Source of the DNA: Curvularia clavata
Taxonomy: Eukaryota
NCBI GenBank assembly: GCA_023920165.1
Contig: CP089278.1
Location: 2,046,001-2,110,000 of the forward strand
DNA length: 64,000 nucleotides
Direction: 5' to 3'
Shown: positions 59,700 through 64,000 of the stretch, piece by piece
Numbering within the stretch: position 1 is the first letter of the stretch
Layout: each line of letters starts with the position of its first letter
Made by a program: the position numbers and the translations under genes
The notes under the pieces: model-generated
Told to the model about the DNA's origin: nothing
The model's input: only the letters and a program-made list of their open reading frames with translations
Database searches by the model: none

Positions 59700-61724
59700 C
59701 TAACACAACACGAATTCTTGTTTAACAATCTTGTTCTCAGATGCCTGACTTAATATTTCTCCATTCATCAGCCCGTGAATATAGCATTCTCCTACGATCT
59801 GATAATGACCATTGCTGCGTGGTCTCAAAACCACTGGACATGCCATACGCAATAAGATTGCCACGGCATCTCCTGGACAAACATCGAAGGGCGCCATGCC
59901 CAAATAACCTGTTTTCGTTGTGATCAAGGCTCTTTGTTCAAGAGAAATTGTAGCCAAACGCAGACATCGCTGGGCTGACAACATGTCCACATCCTCCCTC
60001 ACTGTTTGTGGAAAGAAGCTTCGAAAACTCCGGCCTCCTATAGCAAAATCTTTGCTGCGTTCTCGAAACGCGTTGAACTTCTTAGCATAGCTCGATTCGA
60101 ACAGCTTTGGCCACCTTGAGTTAGATGGGAAGTTGGCAGGCTGAATGCTCGTATCGCATTTCGACACCCATGGAATCTTCAAAAGCCGCTTTCTCGTCGC
60201 TATAGGGTGGTTCATAAGCAAGGTCCTTTGGAGCGCTCCGGATATGTGCTCGCCATATCTGTTCGAAAATTTACTAGATTGCCTAGAATGCCAACTCGTC
60301 GAAGATTCTGCTGCAACGCCATCGACTTCGTCTACTCGAAATCCACCGCAAACAAGTAGAAGGCGATTTTCACCATTCTCGATGAATCGGAAATTGGCTG
60401 GCAGTTTTCCGCTTGCTTTACTGCATCTCAAATACTGGAAGTGGTGACGGCCGAAAGGCTTTCTCCAATCAGCGACCCACGATGGCCACCCCTCTGTAGT
60501 TGGAATGCCTCCAAACATGATTTGTTGTAAGCTGGTTGATTTCTTTACTACGAATACAACGAAATTTGTGTAGACTTGCTGCTCTGAAACTGATTTGGAG
60601 TAATCTGGCTCGATGTCTTGAGAAATAGCAGGATCCAACAAGCCAATTATGCTGTAAACCTTGTCTTTCTCAATACTGGCCTCCGCTCTACGCACAAGAC
60701 TCAGCAAACGGTTTAAATTCACTCCGGATTTTGGGTTGAAGACAAGACTCATCAAACGATACACGCGGCTTACCATTGGCCACGCACCGAAATCGAGGTT
60801 AGGGTCGGATTGAACACATAGCTCTTCATATCCTTCTAGTAGGTGCTGACAATAGATAGCACCTATTCGTATCATCCTTCTTGTCAACATGTATCTGCCA
60901 CACAATATCAGGGTTGAGTTATGATTCATAGCGAGTTCCTGTATGATCCATAATCGAGTCCAATAAGTATTTCTCATAAAGGCGAGAAGGGCAAGTCCTC
61001 CATCCAGCAGTAGCAGGTCTTCCGGAAGACCTAGTGATTCTTTTACACAAGGATTTTGGCAGATATAATGCATCGTCTCAGCTGCCAACTTGTCTTGTGC
61101 CTCTGCTTGAACCAGCCAGACCACAACGGCTCTGGCTTGGTTATAGATGTCCTTCATGCGCTTGACTTGGATCTCCTTCTCATCCTCACAGTTCTGATTG
61201 ATGCACAATGAGTCCACCCAATAACTCATGCCCAAGCGCGTCTCTTCTAAGTCTCGCAAAGTCTTTAATGCTTCTTCAAGATTTTTTGGAACGTTTATGT
61301 CGACTCCATTTACGGTGATCTCCTTTGTGTCTTTTTTGTTGCCCCAGGTGTATGACAATGCTTCAAAACCACCCCAAGTGTAACGGAAATTGGGGTAAAC
61401 GATGTTATGAGCCCGGGCAATGGATGCAGCCTTGCTGATTTCTGTTCGCTCTAAAAATGACTCTCGAAAATCTATGCACTCTGTAAATGGACCCCAGAAT
61501 ATAAAATTTTCTTGACTATCTGGGTGTTCAGAAATCGATGGAAAGACCGGAAGATCTTTTAGTGAAACATGTTCAATGCGGCATTGAATCTTGTCTTCCA
61601 TCAGATCCGAGCTGTGCATATTCAGGAGCCTGAGAACTCGGATCTCCTTTTTGTCTTCATCCAGAGGCTCATATGACAGGTTGAACAGAGGAGGATAAGA
61701 CGGTTGATGAGGATGGAGAAGCAT
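59700..61724 (-). CDS. HET-domain (heterokaryon incompatibility, HET-6-like) protein, intronless, 674 aa
   Basis: YEPL...EIRVLRL, FEALSYTWG, WVDSLCINQ, QVKRM..IY..A..VVVWL, YWTRLWIIQE, DKVY...GL, PSWVADW, GECYIHGLMNGE. Confidence 0.93.
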   Translation of the reverse strand: MLLHPHQPSYPPLFNLSYEPLDEDKKEIRVLRLLNMHSSDLMEDKIQCRIEHVSLKDLPVFPSISEHPDSQENFIFWGPFTECIDFRESFLERTEISKAASIARAHNIVYPNFRYTWGGFEALSYTWGNKKDTKEITVNGVDINVPKNLEEALKTLRDLEETRLGMSYWVDSLCINQNCEDEKEIQVKRMKDIYNQARAVVVWLVQAEAQDKLAAETMHYICQNPCVKESLGLPEDLLLLDGGLALLAFMRNTYWTRLWIIQELAMNHNSTLILCGRYMLTRRMIRIGAIYCQHLLEGYEELCVQSDPNLDFGAWPMVSRVYRLMSLVFNPKSGVNLNRLLSLVRRAEASIEKDKVYSIIGLLDPAISQDIEPDYSKSVSEQQVYTNFVVFVVKKSTSLQQIMFGGIPTTEGWPSWVADWRKPFGRHHFQYLRCSKASGKLPANFRFIENGENRLLLVCGGFRVDEVDGVAAESSTSWHSRQSSKFSNRYGEHISGALQRTLLMNHPIATRKRLLKIPWVSKCDTSIQPANFPSNSRWPKLFESSYAKKFNAFRERSKDFAIGGRSFRSFFPQTVREDVDMLSAQRCLRLATISLEQRALITTKTGYLGMAPFDVCPGDAVAILLRMACPVVLRPRSNGHYQIVGECYIHGLMNGEILSQASENKIVKQEFVLC

Positions 61725-63326
61725 TTTTCAATCGTAAATGTTCTTTCAAGCGCGTGTGGGACGCAGGGTGTCTCAATACAGTTGCAAAGGCAAGGAAAAA
61801 TGAAATTTTACCCCATGGCGATGGACGGAATTGAGGCCATCAACACGCTTCTTGTCACATTCCACGAACAGACACCTTTAGAAGACTGTAGAAGCCAAAC
61901 CACTCCCTAATTCTCAAATACCGGTGAGGAGTCAAGAGGGTGGGGATTTCTTGCAACAAGGCTGGATTTATGCCTGGCTGCGTCATGTACGTAATGCGCC
62001 GCAAACACGGCTACTCTCACTTGGTTCAAAGGATTATCCCGAATAATTCAACATGGCCTATATCTGATAAACGGTGATAGCGATCCGCCAATCGAGGGCT
62101 GACACTCAGCAACATGCAGTGTCCCTAGTATCTTTCCTTTTCACCGGAATGCCACAAACACGCCTGGGGCAAGCTGCATTAACATGTTGCCAGCTGCGAG
62201 GCTAAAAGGCTGTGTATACATGCCTCAGCGACGCATCATATAAAGATAAGCCGTATTAACACTGCAGCGATATGGGGAGCAGTTACCCCGCCTTCATATT
62301 CAAAGTTGGACCGCCCGCAAACCAACAGAGCCATTTATGCAAGTCTACCTCAACACCTCGCTCTACGATAGGTCCTTGCCACTAAGTACAAAACCCGCTG
62401 TTGGCAAGGCATAATGATAGGTCCTACGAGGGTTGGCCGATCGTACCCATAGATGTGTGACGATGCAGCAGCTGTACCGATGAAGTGACATAGCTTTGCA
62501 GACGTTACCTGTATACTCGTCAGGCAACGTCTCCTTTCGGCCCGATTAATTGTCATTCCACATTCTTCGAAGAACAGCTGCCGGTCGGTCTTCGGTATTT
62601 ACTGTTGTATGTACAACATACATATTGTACCCCACGTGTTTGTAGATCCACAATGCTTAAACTGTGATAAGCAAGATCTACTTCACTTTGAAAGGGACTG
62701 GCATATATTGCATGTTAGGTACAGGTGTATTGTGGATAATATGCGTTTGTCAAAACGTTGATACCCATGTAACACATGAAGAGATAACAGTTCCAAGCAT
62801 GCCCGGACGATTTTGAGCCTTGAAAACAAGAAGCCAAAGAAACACCCACTGTATGGCGCCGTACGACACTAAGAAAGCCGGTGCCCTAGGTCAAAGCAAG
62901 GGTACAGCCTTTCCGTTCCTGGTTTCGGGTAAGATTCCCTAGTTGGTTTGTCAATTGGAGAGGCACACAAATGCACATTCCGGAAACATATCTCCCGAGA
63001 AAAGAAAAGAATCAACTGAGATCGCATAGCGATGCAGAGACAAGTTCTTCAACGGGCCAACAAGTGATATCAATAGAACATCAAGTCAAAGGTATGGCCT
63101 CATCGCTTATTCCAACTTGGAATCGATTTATCAAGTTTGCTTCGAATGCGTACTGTAATAGATGTTGGTCGAAACCAGCTCTCGCTAAATTTTTCGTATA
63201 ATGGATTCGGTTTTACACCATCCAACATTTCCTCCTTTCATTCTGTCCTTGAGATGTTGCCAAGATAAAACGCCTTGAAATGCCCAACTAACCCGAACGC
63301 CGCCCAATGAAGATTCGCCCAGTCTC

Positions 63327-64000
63327 TCACAAGGCCTCGAGTTCGAAATCGTCCAGCTTGTCGCGGTACTTCATAATGTTTCGCTTAATCTTGGAAGAGT
63401 CGACCCAGGTCACAAAGTCCTCCATGTTTCTAGTGACGAGGTAGGCGGGGTCGGTGATAACGTCTGTTCCCACGCGGACATGACCTTGCTCAATGAGCGT
63501 GGTAGCGGCTTGGATATGGTCGGCCATGCGCAGGCGGGTCATGACGACAGGCAGCCTCCTCCGCGCAAAGGCAGACACGGTGACCTTGTGCTCGATGTCG
63601 CTCAGCTTGCCTCTACCTCCACCACCAGTACCGAGGATGCCCATGTCGAACAGCTTCTCCAGCATGAGATCTTCGTGTTTCCGTCTGAAGGGGTCTGAGG
63701 GATCGAGTGCGGCAATCTTGTGGGCGAGCTGTCGCAAGGAACCAGCGAGCTGGTTGTATTTTCTGTAGTCGTCGCGGCCTTGGATGGCATAGCGTCGCAT
63801 TACCGCAGCTTCTCGGTGACTACTACCGCATTAGTTCCTTGCACATGACAGACGCCACGTCTTTTACTCACTCATTGTCGCTCTTGTATGTGTTGAAGTC
63901 GACCTGGTAGCATGCGGTTAGCATCCTTCGGACCCTATCCTGTGGCTAGACCACTTTTAGGGGAAGTATACCTTCTTCAAGAGCTTCTGCTCATGGTGCT
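63327..64000 (-). CDS. IMP3: U3 snoRNP protein Imp3 (S4 domain), 5' end outside window
   Basis: [77 protein letters not shown]. Confidence 0.95.

Noticed and set aside
61725..63326. 1.6-kb gap between the HET gene and IMP3 as a possible ncRNA or hidden gene
   Set aside because: Only short motif-less ORFs; no tRNA, 5S or snoRNA signature recognisable by eye. A covariance-model search would be needed to exclude one.

Overview
Eukaryotic, intron-containing fungal DNA from a filamentous ascomycete; gene style suggests Dothideomycetes/Pleosporales (inference). Three zones are visible. (1) 1-3.05 kb is an AT-rich, RIP-scarred repeat nest: a complete but inactivated Pot2/Fot1-type (pogo) DNA transposon (279-2124), a probable LTR fragment, and two inverted copies of a ~391-bp MITE-like element. 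The 8-bp flanks of those copies appear swapped, implying the intervening 2.5 kb is inverted. A Dal5-like permease with a GATA-rich promoter, a carboxylesterase and a C2H2 zinc-finger locus follow (3.3-11 kb). (2) 11.4-46 kb is a compact housekeeping block: AIP1, a small Arg-rich orphan, dienelactone hydrolase, a CUE-AlkB-GRF dioxygenase, PEX7, ADA1, GCN1, a DHX29-like helicase, AIM24-like, ATM1, PRP6, FlbE-like and LENG1/Cir_N. It includes head-to-head pairs, two probable GC-AG introns, stopless 3n introns and microexons. (3) 46.4-61.7 kb looks accessory: sugar/polyol MFS, a putatively secreted DUF985 cupin, a laccase, a GPR1/FUN34 transporter, a TRI12-like efflux pump and a HET-6-like gene. 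IMP3 follows, cut by the window end. No rRNA, tRNA, CRISPR array or PKS/NRPS was recognised. All calls come from reading motifs by eye; no database search was run.
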